Source: Azolla caroliniana (taxonomy: Eukaryota; Plantae; Polypodiophyta). Taken from it: DNA of 64,000 nt. Positions 63,254 to 64,000 of the stretch are shown here, piece after piece; the first letter of the stretch is position 1; the number at the start of each line of letters is the position of its first letter. The notes below the pieces were generated by a model that saw nothing but the letters and a program-made list of their open reading frames with translations, had not been told where the DNA came from and searched no databases. The position numbers and the translations under genes were made by a program. The stretch is from the NCBI GenBank assembly GCA_043228905.1, contig JBHGNT010000017.1, positions 6,882,001-6,946,000 of the forward strand, given 5' to 3'.

Positions 63254-64000
63254 GTAAGTCAGTTCTCACAATTCTCTTCTCGTATTCGTTAGCTTGTTCA
63301 TCAGCCTTTGGGTTAGCTCTTTAGTGTGTATGCATCATGTTCTGTGGAAATCCATTTTTGTCTCAATTCAAAATGAGAGCGTTTTCTTTTCTTTTCATAA
63401 CTCATTGAGAAATTTCCTCCTGTTAAATTTTTTTTAGGTTTGAATGTTTCTTCTGTCGGCTTTGTCATAAGAGAGAGAAAGCCAACATATGTTTTTATCT
63501 TTCTAATTTTTCATCAAGTGAATTTCAATATGTAAGTTTTTTTTTTCTTAATATGAGGTTTTGATCCCAAACTTGGATTGAGAGTATCCACATTGAGGGG
63601 GATCCTCAACATTTCAGGTGATCCTCCGCATTTTGATTAATCCTCATTATTTAGATTATTCTTCAATATTTAGAGAGACCTTCTACATTTAGAGTGATCC
63701 TCCATAATTAACTTTCCATAATCATCCTACTACCCATCTTGAATATGGAAGGATAAAATACATGGTATGCTGCATCATAGATATCTCCAACATGTATCCA
63801 CCTGAACTATCATTGATAGTCGAAAGTTTATCTATGTGTGACAGTATTTTCTTCATTTTCAGTTCACACCTATTATGGTGTATTATTATGTGTATAAATA
63901 ATTGATAAAACCAAAATCATGGTGCTTAACACCACTTAAATATCGGTAACTAGATCTGCTTATTGATTCTAATGCGGACAGAAATATTTATGCATTACAA

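Overview
Plant nuclear genomic DNA. The MADS gene architecture and transposon types suggest a seed-free vascular plant such as a fern (inference only). One intact host gene is present: an 8-exon MIKCc MADS-box transcription factor (4926-8334, +, 354 aa) with a ~129-aa low-complexity N-terminal extension. A heavily decayed tandem paralogue (~15145-16510) keeps recognisable promoter motifs. The rest is mostly transposons: three L1/Tx1-like LINEs whose 5' ends all abut (GA)n tracts, a deeply nested Ty1/copia cluster (28.6-54.6 kb) with resolvable TSDs, solo LTRs, a very young Gag-only LTR element primed by tRNA-Trp whose LTRs carry a tRNA-like Pol III module, and an intron-containing Cys-rich DNA transposase fragment. 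The most notable observation is two dispersed copies (24085-27466 and ~61284-62020) of a non-coding mobile element that combines a minimal type-I hammerhead ribozyme, a pyrimidine-rich spacer and a conserved structured 3' domain. This is a candidate Penelope-dependent or retrozyme-like family. All calls were made by eye; no database searches were run.
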